Positions 9,934-19,824 are shown, numbered from the stretch's first letter. The stretch: 64,000 nt of DNA from a virus (IMGVR_UViG_3300023174_000123:1-64000); one strand, 5' to 3'. Program-made: numbers and translations. The notes: generated by a model not told the origin, from the sequence alone.

Positions 9934-10424
9934 TATAGCTCTCCTCTTTTACGAGCTTCTCTAGTAAATGCGGATTGACTCATCAAAATCTTAGTGCCTT
10001 CTTTATGTTTCTTGCCCCTCATTGCCCCACCATCTATTCTTTTCCATCCGCCTTCTCGTCCCTCGGTTCTTCTACGAGTATGGGCTTTTCTTTGAGCATT
10101 CTTCATTCTCTCAATACTTTCTGCACTGTGTCTTTTATTGTTGCCGGTGCCTCTATTGTTATATAAAACCACACCTTGAGCTCGTAACTTATTGGCCCAT
10201 AGTGTTTCTAACTCATTGAGTTGATCGATATCACCGGCACTGTCAACCACTTCCCATAAAAAGTTTTCAACGCCGTACTTTCTTATGCTGTCATATAAAT
10301 GACTTTTTTTGCCCGATCGGGAATCTGCCTGATGACTATACCACCGCATCTTGGCATTAGACTGAACTGTCTGTCCAACATACATTTTGCCATTGAAGAG
10401 ATTTTTTATAGTGTAGATATACAT
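9933..10424 (-). mobile_element. Free-standing GIY-YIG homing endonuclease (seg-like) with NUMOD3-like repeats
   Basis: MYIYTIKNLFNGKMYVGQT motif with conserved R, E and N; KRHSAESIERM and GKKHKEGTKILMS NUMOD3-like motifs; more AT-rich than neighbours. Confidence 0.88.
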
Positions 10425-11788
10425 TATCGTCCTGGTGGTCTTGGATTGGGCGGCAAATTGCCACCTTGGTCACCGTTGTCGGCCTGCGGTTTGAGTATTT
10501 GGCTAAGACTCTGACGACTAGGTATGTTGCCTAGATCTGTGGTGCTCACTGTGTAGGTGTTGTTGACAAAGCTGGCACGCTGGGTAAGAGCATTTGTGGC
10601 CAAGTCGAGATCTGTTCTCACATTGTCTTCGATCTTGACCCAGGTCTTGCCATTGTATCTAAACAGGCGATTGGGGAAATAATCTAAACGCAAGGCATAA
10701 TCGCCGACCACTGGATTCTGCGGGAAGCTCACCCCTGGTGTCACAGGCAGGCCATTGGGCGCATATTGATCTCCAGTGAGATAGCCCATGGTATAGCCAA
10801 AGCTTTTGGGTGTGTTGCCTTCACCAGTTTGCGTGCTGTCCACTGTGGGATATGTGTCGTCAGCGGTCAACCCAGCACCACCTGGCTGTCCAAAGGCTGT
10901 GGGTAGAATATAAAATTTGGTAACATCGTAACCACTTAGTGGCACATCGGCCTGTGCTTGTGCAAGCAAGGCATCATTGAGTGCCAGATCTTTGGGTCTG
11001 GTGCTCATCTTGTCGCCCACTGTGGAGGGTGTGGTCGGAGTCCAGTAAGGCAGTCCAGTGTTGGGGTTTATGGCATCAATGGCTGTTCCTGGTGGCACAT
11101 TGCCATTGGCGGTGTAATATGTATTGCCATTGTTGACCACGGTGCCGTTGGGATAAAAGTTTCCTGGATCCCAAATGTTTTCGGGCATGAACGGCTGATC
11201 AACAATTTGTTTGAATTCTTGTGCATTGACCATGGGGGTGGCCTTGATACGCCACAGATGTGGTTGCCAGGTTTGGCTAAAGCCCTCGCTGGCAAAATTG
11301 CCATCTTGTATCACATAGTATCTGGGCAAACTGCGTGGCAAGTTACGATCCAAGGGATGATAGTCTGTGAGATTGGGCACTTCAATAACATCACCACTCA
11401 TGAGCTTGCGACCCAGGGTGTCAATCATGTCGTTGTAGTGAAAGGTCATGAACAAGGTGTCACCGTTCAAGAACAGGCCAAACTGTGTGAGATCAAAATC
11501 TATGTCTTGAGTTCTATACACTCCGCGCATGACAAAAATGTCAGGATCATAGGCTCGGTCACGATTTTCCAACAACAATAAATCTTCAATAAACAAAGGA
11601 TTTGTGCTGTCGTAGATGGGCAAGGTAGCATCGCCTGGATTGTTGGCCTGCGCAGGATCTACGATAGGACCCAGATATTTGTGGACATAGATATCGATAC
11701 CGCCCACAGTGAACATTTCACTGATGTTGCGGTCAAGGTATTGATAATCAGCTGTTCTGTTGGGGCGATAAAGGCTAAGGCGCGGCAT
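10424..11788 (-). CDS. T4 gp14-like neck/head-completion protein
   Basis: Start ATG 11788 (MPRLSLYRP). G.DIYVHKY, LENRDR, FDLTQFGL, GRKLMSGDVIE motifs; neighbours gp15. Confidence 0.7.
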   Translation of the reverse strand: MPRLSLYRPNRTADYQYLDRNISEMFTVGGIDIYVHKYLGPIVDPAQANNPGDATLPIYDSTNPLFIEDLLLLENRDRAYDPDIFVMRGVYRTQDIDFDLTQFGLFLNGDTLFMTFHYNDMIDTLGRKLMSGDVIEVPNLTDYHPLDRNLPRSLPRYYVIQDGNFASEGFSQTWQPHLWRIKATPMVNAQEFKQIVDQPFMPENIWDPGNFYPNGTVVNNGNTYYTANGNVPPGTAIDAINPNTGLPYWTPTTPSTVGDKMSTRPKDLALNDALLAQAQADVPLSGYDVTKFYILPTAFGQPGGAGLTADDTYPTVDSTQTGEGNTPKSFGYTMGYLTGDQYAPNGLPVTPGVSFPQNPVVGDYALRLDYFPNRLFRYNGKTWVKIEDNVRTDLDLATNALTQRASFVNNTYTVSTTDLGNIPSRQSLSQILKPQADNGDQGGNLPPNPRPPGR

Positions 11789-11795
11789 AGTCTTG

Positions 11796-11802
11796 TATTT
11801 AT
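11796..11802 (-). promoter_or_regulatory. Late promoter (ATAAATA) for gp14-HEG-gp15-Nudix operon
   Basis: TATTTAT on the + strand, 7 nt from the ATG. Confidence 0.75.
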
Positions 11803-11810
11803 GGGTCAAA

Positions 11811-11839
11811 TTGACTTGAAACCCAAAAGCAGATATAAT
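11811..11839 (+). promoter_or_regulatory. Sigma70-type early promoter, leaderless
   Basis: TTGACT-17 bp-TATAAT; ATG lies 7 nt after the -10. Confidence 0.85.
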
Positions 11840-11846
11840 TAATTAC

Positions 11847-12101
11847 ATGGATGAATTACTGGATCGTTTGGACAAAATTGAGCGTGCTATTCCACAGATA
11901 CGAAATAAAACAGCTCGCAAAGATCTGCTGAAAATGTTGCGTAACATAGACACGGCCATGAATGCGGTCAGTAGAGAAAGTGTGGAATGCCGACGATTGC
12001 ACAGAGAAACCCTGCACCACAGAGAACTGGTCAAAAAAGCCGACGAACTCATCACCAATCTGGAGCAACATCTAACATTTGCGGCATTGTTGAACGGTTG
12101 A
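11847..12101 (+). CDS. Small hypothetical early protein
   Basis: 84-aa helical ORF directly after the promoter. Confidence 0.7.
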   Translation: MDELLDRLDKIERAIPQIRNKTARKDLLKMLRNIDTAMNAVSRESVECRRLHRETLHHRELVKKADELITNLEQHLTFAALLNG

Positions 12102-12126
12102 CCAAAAAAGAGTCGGGTGTTATAAT
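12098..12126 (+). promoter_or_regulatory. Sigma70-type early promoter
   Basis: TTGACC-17 bp-TATAAT with extended TG; AGGAG SD before ATG 12151. Confidence 0.85.
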
Positions 12127-12150
12127 AATACTTTACACTTAGGAGAACGC

Positions 12151-13296
12151 ATGAACGCACGAGCCGCAACTGTGATCAAGCCCTTGAATCCCAAAGGAGC
12201 AGAAACCAAATATGTTGGGCACGAGCCTGACTGGAAATTCCAACCCACAGAAGAAAATCGCATCAGTGCATTCAGCAAGGCCTTTGCCTGGTACAACTAT
12301 CACTATGGCAAAAAAGATGCCAAAGACATGCTGTGCCAGTACCTGGACGTCAATCACAGACCCAAGGATGCCAAACTCATGCGTGGCATTCCAGACAGTC
12401 AGATCCGTCTCACACCGGCCTGGGTAGCCAGGATGACCTTGATGGGCCTGCAACTTAATGAGCATGAACAGTGCATCATTGACGAGCAGATTGCCACGAT
12501 GTTGAAAATAAAACAAGAAATAAAAAAGGTCATTGACGAGGCCGAAGTGGCAGTAGCAAAACTCACAATCCAAGACCATCTGCGTGAAAAAGTTTCAGAA
12601 TGTGCCGGCGAACTAGAAGGCATGTTCGATGAATTTATTGCAGCTGGTGCCAAAATGACCGCAGACTGGAAACCCATTGCACAGATACGTGGGATGAATA
12701 TCAGCCCCAACATGGTGGGTACCATCGCTGATACCTGGAAGATCAAGTTGGCCGAGTTTGAAGAAGTGCTAGAAGGAGAAGATGCCGACCTGGTGGAGGG
12801 TTACAGCCATCTCACCAAGAATCAAATCAAACAATGTGTTAAATTTATTGAGCAGGTCATTGCCGACTGCGGTAATTATGTGCAGATCAAGAAAGTGGAA
12901 CGCAAGCCACGTGCTAAAAAAGCTGTGAGCCCAGAAAAACTTTCATCCAAATTTAAGCACATGAAAGACTTTGCCGAGCTCAAGCTCACAGGCGTTGCAC
13001 CGGCACAGTTGGTGGGCGCCAGCGAAGCTTGGTTGTATGATACCAAAAAACGCAAACTAGTCCATGTGATAGCTGACAGTCACCTGGGCACATTCAGTGT
13101 CAAAGGATCGGCTATAGTGGGTTTTGATACCACACAGACTGTGCAGAAAACTCTACGCAAACCAGCAGACCAGCTCAAAGAGTTACTGGGCGGTGGTAAA
13201 CCCGCGGCACGCAAAGTGTTCAAGGACATCAAGGCCACAGAAACCAAGTTCAACGGGCGTGGCAACGAGAATCTGATCATACTCAAGGCCTGGTAA
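12151..13296 (+). CDS. Hypothetical early protein (381 aa)
   Basis: Long ORF with own promoter and SD; no recognised motif. Confidence 0.75.
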   Translation: MNARAATVIKPLNPKGAETKYVGHEPDWKFQPTEENRISAFSKAFAWYNYHYGKKDAKDMLCQYLDVNHRPKDAKLMRGIPDSQIRLTPAWVARMTLMGLQLNEHEQCIIDEQIATMLKIKQEIKKVIDEAEVAVAKLTIQDHLREKVSECAGELEGMFDEFIAAGAKMTADWKPIAQIRGMNISPNMVGTIADTWKIKLAEFEEVLEGEDADLVEGYSHLTKNQIKQCVKFIEQVIADCGNYVQIKKVERKPRAKKAVSPEKLSSKFKHMKDFAELKLTGVAPAQLVGASEAWLYDTKKRKLVHVIADSHLGTFSVKGSAIVGFDTTQTVQKTLRKPADQLKELLGGGKPAARKVFKDIKATETKFNGRGNENLIILKAW

Positions 13297-13299
13297 ATA
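13293..13299 (+). promoter_or_regulatory. Late promoter (GTAAATA)
   Basis: Overlaps the upstream TAA and precedes the gp13-like gene. Confidence 0.7.
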
Positions 13300-13320
13300 C
13301 AAGGGAACGGAGTTCCCTTT

Positions 13321-14091
13321 ATGGCCTTAGAAAATCAATCCAGCTTAGAAACCTTAAAACAGAATCTATTTGACTATGTAAGCCTGCAACTGGGCAGTCA
13401 GATCATTGATCTTGAGCTGGATGCCGAACATTATGAAGCAGCTTATCAGAGAACCATTGGAGTTTACAGACAACGGGCACAGAATGCCTACGAAGAAAGT
13501 TATAGTTTTTTAGAGCTAGTGACAAATGTCAACATCTACGACTTGCCACAAGAAGTAATCACTGTGCGTCAAATTTTCCGTAGGACTTTTGGCGATAGCA
13601 CAGGTCCATTTGCCAGCAACTTCGATCCGTTCAGCCAAGCAAGTTTGAATGTGTATCTCATGAATTTCAATGTGGCTGGTGGATTGGCCACCTATGATTT
13701 CTACAGCCAATATGTTGAACAGGCTGGCAAAATGTTTGGTGCCTATATGAACTACACCTGGAATCCTGTGACCAAAAAACTGCAGCTAATACGTGATCCC
13801 AAAGGCACAGGCGAGAATGTGTTGCTTTGGACCTATAATCTCAAACCCGAATTCAATCTGCTCAAAGATTATCAAATCCAACAATGGATACGCGACTACA
13901 TGGTGGCCAACTGTAAAATGATCATAGGCGAAGCACGTGAAAAATTTGGACAGTATGCAGGCCCACAGGGCGGCAGCCAGCTTAATGGTACCGCTCTTAA
14001 AACCGAAGCACAAACTCAAATGGATGGCCTCATTGAGGATCTGCGTAGATACGTTGATGGCAGTCAACCCTTAACCTGGGTCATAGGTTAA
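13321..14091 (+). CDS. T4 gp13-like neck protein
   Basis: LG..IIDLEL, WIRDY..A.CK..IGEAREKF...GPQGG.QLNG motifs. Confidence 0.8.
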   Translation: MALENQSSLETLKQNLFDYVSLQLGSQIIDLELDAEHYEAAYQRTIGVYRQRAQNAYEESYSFLELVTNVNIYDLPQEVITVRQIFRRTFGDSTGPFASNFDPFSQASLNVYLMNFNVAGGLATYDFYSQYVEQAGKMFGAYMNYTWNPVTKKLQLIRDPKGTGENVLLWTYNLKPEFNLLKDYQIQQWIRDYMVANCKMIIGEAREKFGQYAGPQGGSQLNGTALKTEAQTQMDGLIEDLRRYVDGSQPLTWVIG

Positions 14092-14097
14092 ACATCA

Positions 14098-14126
14098 TAG
14101 ACTAACACCAAAATTCATGCTATAAT
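14098..14126 (+). promoter_or_regulatory. Sigma70-type promoter, leaderless
   Basis: TAGACT-17 bp-TATAAT with extended TG; ATG 6 nt after the -10, no SD. Confidence 0.8.
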
Positions 14127-14132
14127 ATCAGC

Positions 14133-14654
14133 ATGAGCTCATTGATGATCGACATAGAAGGCCTGGCCACTGGACCAGATGCTACCATACTGACCATTGC
14201 GGCCCAGAGCTTTGATCCGTTTGGTACCGGCTACTACGATCGTTGCTACTATGCTCGCATCACACTAGAGAGTCAAGAAAATCGTGCCATAGAAGAAGGT
14301 ACCTTGCAGTGGTGGTCAACCCAGAAAGAAGCACAGGTAGAAGCATTCATGGAAGAAGGGCGTGTGCCACTAGATCAAGCACTTGATAGTCTTTACAAAC
14401 TGGCCTGGCAACACAAATTCATATGGATGAACGGACCCACGTATGATGCAAATATCTTAGAACACGCTTATAAGAGCTATAGCAAACCTTTGCCTTGGAA
14501 ATTTTACAATGTGCGTGATGCTAGAACTGTGTATAGTTTGTGGCCCGAACTGCCCAAGCCTGCTACCAGCCATCATGCTCTGGAAGACTGCCGCAGGCAA
14601 ATTGACATGCTACAACAAACACTCAAACACTTGAACGTAAAGGAAATCAGATGA
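14133..14654 (+). CDS. DEDDh 3'-5' exonuclease (DexA/Rv2179c-like)
   Basis: MIDIE, NGPTYD, RDART, HHALED motifs. Confidence 0.85.
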   Translation: MSSLMIDIEGLATGPDATILTIAAQSFDPFGTGYYDRCYYARITLESQENRAIEEGTLQWWSTQKEAQVEAFMEEGRVPLDQALDSLYKLAWQHKFIWMNGPTYDANILEHAYKSYSKPLPWKFYNVRDARTVYSLWPELPKPATSHHALEDCRRQIDMLQQTLKHLNVKEIR

Positions 14655-15298
14655 TCATTGGGGTATGCGGACTTATTGGTGCTGGCAAAGATACCATAGC
14701 AGACTATCTGGTAAACATACATCAGTTCCGCAGAGAAAGTTTTGCCAACACACTCAAAGACGCTGTGAGTTCAGTGTTTGGCTGGGATCGTGAACTGCTG
14801 GAAGGGCGTACCAAACACAGCAGGGCCTGGCGTGAGCAAGTGGATCCATGGTGGGCCGAACGCTTGGGCATGCCTGATTTGACTCCGCGATGGGTGCTAC
14901 AATACTGGGGAACAGAAGTAGTGCGTAGAGCGTTTCATGATGATACCTGGATTGCCAGCCTGGAAAACAAACTGCGTAAAACCACGGACGATGTGGTAAT
15001 TTCAGACTGCAGATTCCCTAATGAAATTGCAGCCATTAGAAATGCCGGCGGTTTAGTTATAAGAGTGCACCGTGGTCCAGACCCAGATTGGTATAATTTA
15101 GCAGAAATCAGCAATTCCGGTCCACAAAACTTGCAGTGGACCACAGCAAAAATAGCTCTTGAAAAATACAATATACATGCCAGCGAAACTTCCTGGATTG
15201 GCACCCGTTTTGATGCAGTCATAGACAACAACGGCACCATGGATCATTTATACTCGCAGATCAACGATCTGGTTCAAGATCCCCGGGTTTCCAGATAA
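14651..15298 (+). CDS. Deoxynucleoside monophosphate kinase (T4 gp1-like)
   Basis: IIGVCGLIGAGKDT P-loop; PRWVLQYWGTE; ISDCRFPNE; HASE. Confidence 0.9.
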   Translation: MIIGVCGLIGAGKDTIADYLVNIHQFRRESFANTLKDAVSSVFGWDRELLEGRTKHSRAWREQVDPWWAERLGMPDLTPRWVLQYWGTEVVRRAFHDDTWIASLENKLRKTTDDVVISDCRFPNEIAAIRNAGGLVIRVHRGPDPDWYNLAEISNSGPQNLQWTTAKIALEKYNIHASETSWIGTRFDAVIDNNGTMDHLYSQINDLVQDPRVSR

Positions 15299-15608
15299 TA
15301 TCTGATTTTTTAATTTCTACAGCACAGTTTTGACACACAGTTTTTAGATTGCGTAGACTGCTGTTGTTGAGATTTCCATCTACATGGAACACTATAAGTT
15401 GTGCAGCATATCTTGACCTGAATCCACAGCGATCGCAGGCATTCTTTTTCTTGTAGCCAGACGATCGCCATCGTGGCTCAGGGGTCTTTATTCCCCGGCC
15501 ACGCCGTATGCAGTGCTCACAACGGCCGCGATAATGTGTGACATCTTCTTTAATGTAATTTACAGCACAAAATCTTTGGTTGCAGGCCTGGCAAACGGGT
15601 CGATCCAT
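15261..15608 (-). CDS. HNH-like zinc-binding protein
   Basis: Four CxxC pairs; FHVDGNLNN...NLKTVCQNC. Confidence 0.75.
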   Translation of the reverse strand: MDRPVCQACNQRFCAVNYIKEDVTHYRGRCEHCIRRGRGIKTPEPRWRSSGYKKKNACDRCGFRSRYAAQLIVFHVDGNLNNSSLRNLKTVCQNCAVEIKKSDIIWKPGDLEPDR

Positions 15609-15612
15609 GCTG

Positions 15613-15678
15613 TATTTACACCAAAACCTTTGCCAAAGGGACAGAATACGAGAACCTTTTTGCCTTTTTTAATAAATA
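15613..15678. promoter_or_regulatory. Divergent late promoter pair
   Basis: GTAAATA on - (15613-15619, 4 nt from ATG) and ATAAATA on + (15672-15678) before the sheath gene. Confidence 0.75.
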
Positions 15679-15704
15679 TCAATAACTAGAAAAAAGGATT
15701 TACC

Positions 15705-18700
15705 ATGGCACTAATATCACCAGGCGTAGAAGTCACAGTCATTGACGAAAGTCAGTACATTCCTGCCGCTACCAACTCGGTCCCTTACATCTTGATAGCC
15801 ACAGCACAGAACAAAGTTTCTGGCACAGGCGTAGGTGTTGCTGCCGGCACACTCAAGGCCAATGCTAACAGGCCTTATTTGATTACCAGTCAACGTGATC
15901 TATCGGCCACGTTTGGTGTGCCATTCTTTTACAAGACCACTGCAGGAACTCCTATCAATGGTTACGAGCTCAATGAATACGGTTTGTTGGCTGCTTACAG
16001 TGCCCTGGGTATTACCAATCGTGCCTATATCCAACGTGCTGACATTGATCTAGCCGCACTCACAGCTAGCCTGGTACGTCCAACAGGAAATCCTGACAAC
16101 GGAACCTACTGGTTTGATACCGCCGACAGCCTGTGGGGTATATTCCAGTGGAATCAAACCACAGCTGCCTTTACCAATCAGATCCCCACAGTGATCACTG
16201 ACACCACAGATCTTGAACCTAGTTCCACAGTGCCATTGCAGAGTATCGGCGCAATTGGTGATTATGCTGTGGTCACAACCAATGTAAACAACCCTGGTTA
16301 TTTCAAGCGCGGTGGACCCACAGTGGATCAAACCAGCGCCACTGACCTCAGTGATTACTACAATACCTGGGTTGAAATCGGTAGCGATGAATGGAAAACC
16401 TCTTGGCCCACAATACAAGGCACTTTGGCTCCGGCTACATTGACTGCTGGCAACACATTCCGTGTCAATGGCACTCTTATCACAGTGCCACCATCAACTA
16501 ATAACACCGTAGAAGGTGTCAGCGATGCCATCAACTCTGCCGCTATTACTGGAGTTTATTCATCATTCATCGACGGCAAACTACAGATTTATGCCAACAG
16601 CTTGGCCACAGCTGATGGCAGTACCGGTGGTGAAGGCGCAGTAGAAATCAATGCAGGCACAGGCACAGTGTTAACTGATCTTGGTATCAGCACCGGCACC
16701 AGCTATGCTCCAGCTTTCTTGGCAGCTCCCAACTATTCTTCACCACGTTGGAGAAGCACCGATGATCAACCTGAACCCACAGGTTCAGTATGGCAACGTA
16801 CCAACAATGTGAACCTTGGTGCTAACTTGGTAGTCAAGAAATACAATACCACACTGGGACAATTTGTACAGCAAGGTTGCGCTATCTATTCCAGCACCAG
16901 CCAAGCAACTTACACAATAGATCCATCCGGTGGTGGACGCAACATCCTGGCTGGAACCACAGTGGCCACAACCAATCCAGAATTTAATAACCCTGTGACA
17001 TTTGGCCTTGAAATTTTTGAAAGATACAGCACGGGATCTACTATTGTCACAGGTAGCACCAGTACACCTGGACCGTTTGTCAGTGGAAACAGATTTGACA
17101 TAGCAGCCACAATTCCTGGATCGGCCACATTGGCCAGCTCGGTCACAGCCGAGTTAACTGGCACTACAGTGGCAGATTTCGTCACAGCAGTGAGCGCTGC
17201 TGTGGGTTCGTCCACATTTGCAAGCTACGTGACAGCATCAGTCAACAGTGCAGGTTCCATTGTGTTTACACACTCAGCAGGTGGCGACATCGTATTGACC
17301 AACAACACAGGTACACCGCTGACCACCGCAGGATTTACCACCAGCACAGAATTTGTGCGTCCAGGCAACGGTAGCTCTTTGGTGTTGAGTTACTGGGTAG
17401 GTTCGCCAACATTTACCTACACAGCCAGCGCTACAGCACCCGATCAAGATCCTGCGTCTGGCACATATTGGTATTACAGTGCCACCACACAAGCAGATAT
17501 CATGATCCAGAACAATGGAATGTGGATGGGTTATCAGAATGTCACCAACGATGTGCGTGGTGACAACTTGAGTCTGACCAATGCCACTGGTCCTATATTC
17601 AGCACCACCGCACCTACCACACAGACTAACACAGCACAGAGTCCATTACAGTATGGTGATCTGTGGATTGATACCAGTGATTTGGAAAACTATCCTGTGA
17701 TCAGTCGTTGGAGTAACATTGAAGGTGCAGATCAGTGGGTGCAGATCAGCAACACAGATCAAACCACTCAGAATGGTATCTTGTTCGCAGATGCTCGTTG
17801 GGCTCCCAATGGCACAACCAACCCTATCACTGGCAATATTCCTACCATAGTGAGTTTGTTAACCAGCAACTATTTGGATCTAGATGCTCCAAATCCTGCA
17901 CTGTATCCACAAGGAACCTTGCTGTTCAACACACGCCGCAGTGGATTCAATGTCAAACAGTTTGAAGCAGATTATTTCAATACTTCTGCCTTTAATCTGG
18001 ATGTGTATGACAGCACCACACAATATGCCTACAATGATTTTGTCAACTACAATGGTGTGATTTATGTTTGCACAGCAACTCCTCCCACAGCAGGCATAGC
18101 TCCCAGCAACACAAGCTATTGGGCTGCCATTGAAACCAATACCTGGGTCACAGCCTCTGGCAACAAGTCTTCGGGCGCACCTTACATGGGTCGCCAGGCT
18201 CAGCGGGCTATCATAGTGGCTGCTCTCAAAAGCGGAATTGATTCCAGCGTGGAGATCCGCGAAGAACAACGTCAGTTTAACTTGATGGCTTGTCCACAGT
18301 ATCCTGAGTTGATTCCCAACATGGTTGAGCTGAACAACGATCGCAAAAACACAGCATTTGTAATTGGCGATACGCCATTGCGTCTTGGACCCGACGGCAA
18401 CCAAATCAGTGACTGGGCCAATGATGCAGGAGCAAGTGCAATTACTGGAGATGCTTTGGCCACCGGAGACGTATACCTTGGAGTATTCTATCCCAGCTGC
18501 CAGACCACAGACTTGAGCGGCAGCCCAGTGGTTACAGCTCCCAGCCACATGATGATTCGCACTATCATACGCAGTGATGAAGTTGCATTTCCTTGGTTGG
18601 CACCGGCCGGAACACGCCGCGGTGTGGTGGACAATGCCGCACGCATTGGTTATGTAAATGCTACCACTGGTGAGTTTATCACCATCGGTGTAAGTCAGAG

Positions 18701-19151
18701 TCTACGTGATGTGTTGTATCAATTGCGTATCAACCCAATCACTTTTGTGCCTGGAATTGGTATAACCAACTTTGGTAACAAGACCACGACTGCTAATATT
18801 ACAGCACTAGATCGCATCAACGTGGCACGCTTGGTAGCGTTTATACGTGGTAGATTGCAAGAAATTGGCAACACATTCTTGTTTGAACCCAATGATCAGA
18901 TCACTCGCAACGAGATCAAGAACACTATCGACAGTCTCATGATTGACTTGGTCAACAAGCGTGGTATCTATGACTACCTGGTGGTTTGCGACTTGACCAA
19001 CAACACGCCAGCTCGTATTGATGCCAACGAACTCTATGTTGATATTGCTATTGAACCAGTCAAAGCAGTTGAATTCATCTACATTCCACTGCGTATCAAG
19101 AACACTGGCGAAATTGCTACCAGCATCAGCACCGTGGCAACGGCAGCGTAA
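15705..19151 (+). CDS. Tail sheath protein (T4 gp18-like), enlarged
   Basis: MALISPGVEVTVIDES start; PWLAPAGTRRG, LYQLRINPI, GNKT, LDRINVARL, FEPND, IEPVKAVEFIYI C-terminal motifs. Confidence 0.95.
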   Translation: MALISPGVEVTVIDESQYIPAATNSVPYILIATAQNKVSGTGVGVAAGTLKANANRPYLITSQRDLSATFGVPFFYKTTAGTPINGYELNEYGLLAAYSALGITNRAYIQRADIDLAALTASLVRPTGNPDNGTYWFDTADSLWGIFQWNQTTAAFTNQIPTVITDTTDLEPSSTVPLQSIGAIGDYAVVTTNVNNPGYFKRGGPTVDQTSATDLSDYYNTWVEIGSDEWKTSWPTIQGTLAPATLTAGNTFRVNGTLITVPPSTNNTVEGVSDAINSAAITGVYSSFIDGKLQIYANSLATADGSTGGEGAVEINAGTGTVLTDLGISTGTSYAPAFLAAPNYSSPRWRSTDDQPEPTGSVWQRTNNVNLGANLVVKKYNTTLGQFVQQGCAIYSSTSQATYTIDPSGGGRNILAGTTVATTNPEFNNPVTFGLEIFERYSTGSTIVTGSTSTPGPFVSGNRFDIAATIPGSATLASSVTAELTGTTVADFVTAVSAAVGSSTFASYVTASVNSAGSIVFTHSAGGDIVLTNNTGTPLTTAGFTTSTEFVRPGNGSSLVLSYWVGSPTFTYTASATAPDQDPASGTYWYYSATTQADIMIQNNGMWMGYQNVTNDVRGDNLSLTNATGPIFSTTAPTTQTNTAQSPLQYGDLWIDTSDLENYPVISRWSNIEGADQWVQISNTDQTTQNGILFADARWAPNGTTNPITGNIPTIVSLLTSNYLDLDAPNPALYPQGTLLFNTRRSGFNVKQFEADYFNTSAFNLDVYDSTTQYAYNDFVNYNGVIYVCTATPPTAGIAPSNTSYWAAIETNTWVTASGNKSSGAPYMGRQAQRAIIVAALKSGIDSSVEIREEQRQFNLMACPQYPELIPNMVELNNDRKNTAFVIGDTPLRLGPDGNQISDWANDAGASAITGDALATGDVYLGVFYPSCQTTDLSGSPVVTAPSHMMIRTIIRSDEVAFPWLAPAGTRRGVVDNAARIGYVNATTGEFITIGVSQSLRDVLYQLRINPITFVPGIGITNFGNKTTTANITALDRINVARLVAFIRGRLQEIGNTFLFEPNDQITRNEIKNTIDSLMIDLVNKRGIYDYLVVCDLTNNTPARIDANELYVDIAIEPVKAVEFIYIPLRIKNTGEIATSISTVATAA

Positions 19152-19170
19152 CACCATGGTCCAAACAACC

Positions 19171-19177
19171 ATAAATA
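19171..19177 (+). promoter_or_regulatory. Late promoter (ATAAATA)
   Basis: Intergenic; followed by AGGAG SD and the tube gene. Confidence 0.75.
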
Positions 19178-19198
19178 AAGTATATAGGAGATAATACC

Positions 19199-19819
19199 AT
19201 GGCAGTTTCATCGTTGACAAGAATGACAGTGCCTTTGGCCAGTGACCAAAGCAATCCAAATCAGGGCTTGTTGATGCCCAAACTCAAGTATCGCTTTAGA
19301 GTGATATTTGAAAATTTTGGAGTCAGCACGCCTCGCACAGAACTCACCAAGCAAGTGATCGACTTCACTCGCCCCAGCGTGACTTTTGCTGACATTGATG
19401 TGCCCATCTATAACAGCACTGTGAAACTGGCTGGCAAATACACCTGGGATAACATTACCTGTAACCTGCGTGATGACGCCGGCGGCAATGTTTCCAGGCT
19501 GGTTGGTGAACAGCTACAGAAGCAGTTGGACTTCATGGAAATGGCGTCAGCAGCCTCAGGTATTGACTACAAGTTCTTGACCCGATTTGAAATCCTAGAC
19601 GGCGGCAATGGTGTTGCTGAACCCGTAGTTTTGGAAAACTGGGAAATCTATGGTTGCTACTTGCAAGGCGTAAATTACAACAACGTGGACTATGGTGCCA
19701 GCGAAGCTGTGACAATCACCATGACCATACGCTTTGACAACGCCAACCAGACTCCTGGACAAGGTGTTGGAACATTGGTTGGAAGAACAGTGGGTGACGT
19801 AGCTACCGGGGTAGGCTAA
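19199..19819 (+). CDS. Tail tube protein (T4 gp19-like)
   Basis: Follows sheath; PKLKYRFRV, KLAGK.TW.....LRDD, W.IYGC, ITMTIRFD motifs. Confidence 0.88.
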   Translation: MAVSSLTRMTVPLASDQSNPNQGLLMPKLKYRFRVIFENFGVSTPRTELTKQVIDFTRPSVTFADIDVPIYNSTVKLAGKYTWDNITCNLRDDAGGNVSRLVGEQLQKQLDFMEMASAASGIDYKFLTRFEILDGGNGVAEPVVLENWEIYGCYLQGVNYNNVDYGASEAVTITMTIRFDNANQTPGQGVGTLVGRTVGDVATGVG

Positions 19820-19824
19820 ACGTC

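Noticed and set aside
9933-10424. GIY-YIG gene as part of a group I intron
   Set aside because: It abuts both neighbours with 1-nt overlaps, leaving no room for ribozyme sequence, and both flanking genes look complete.
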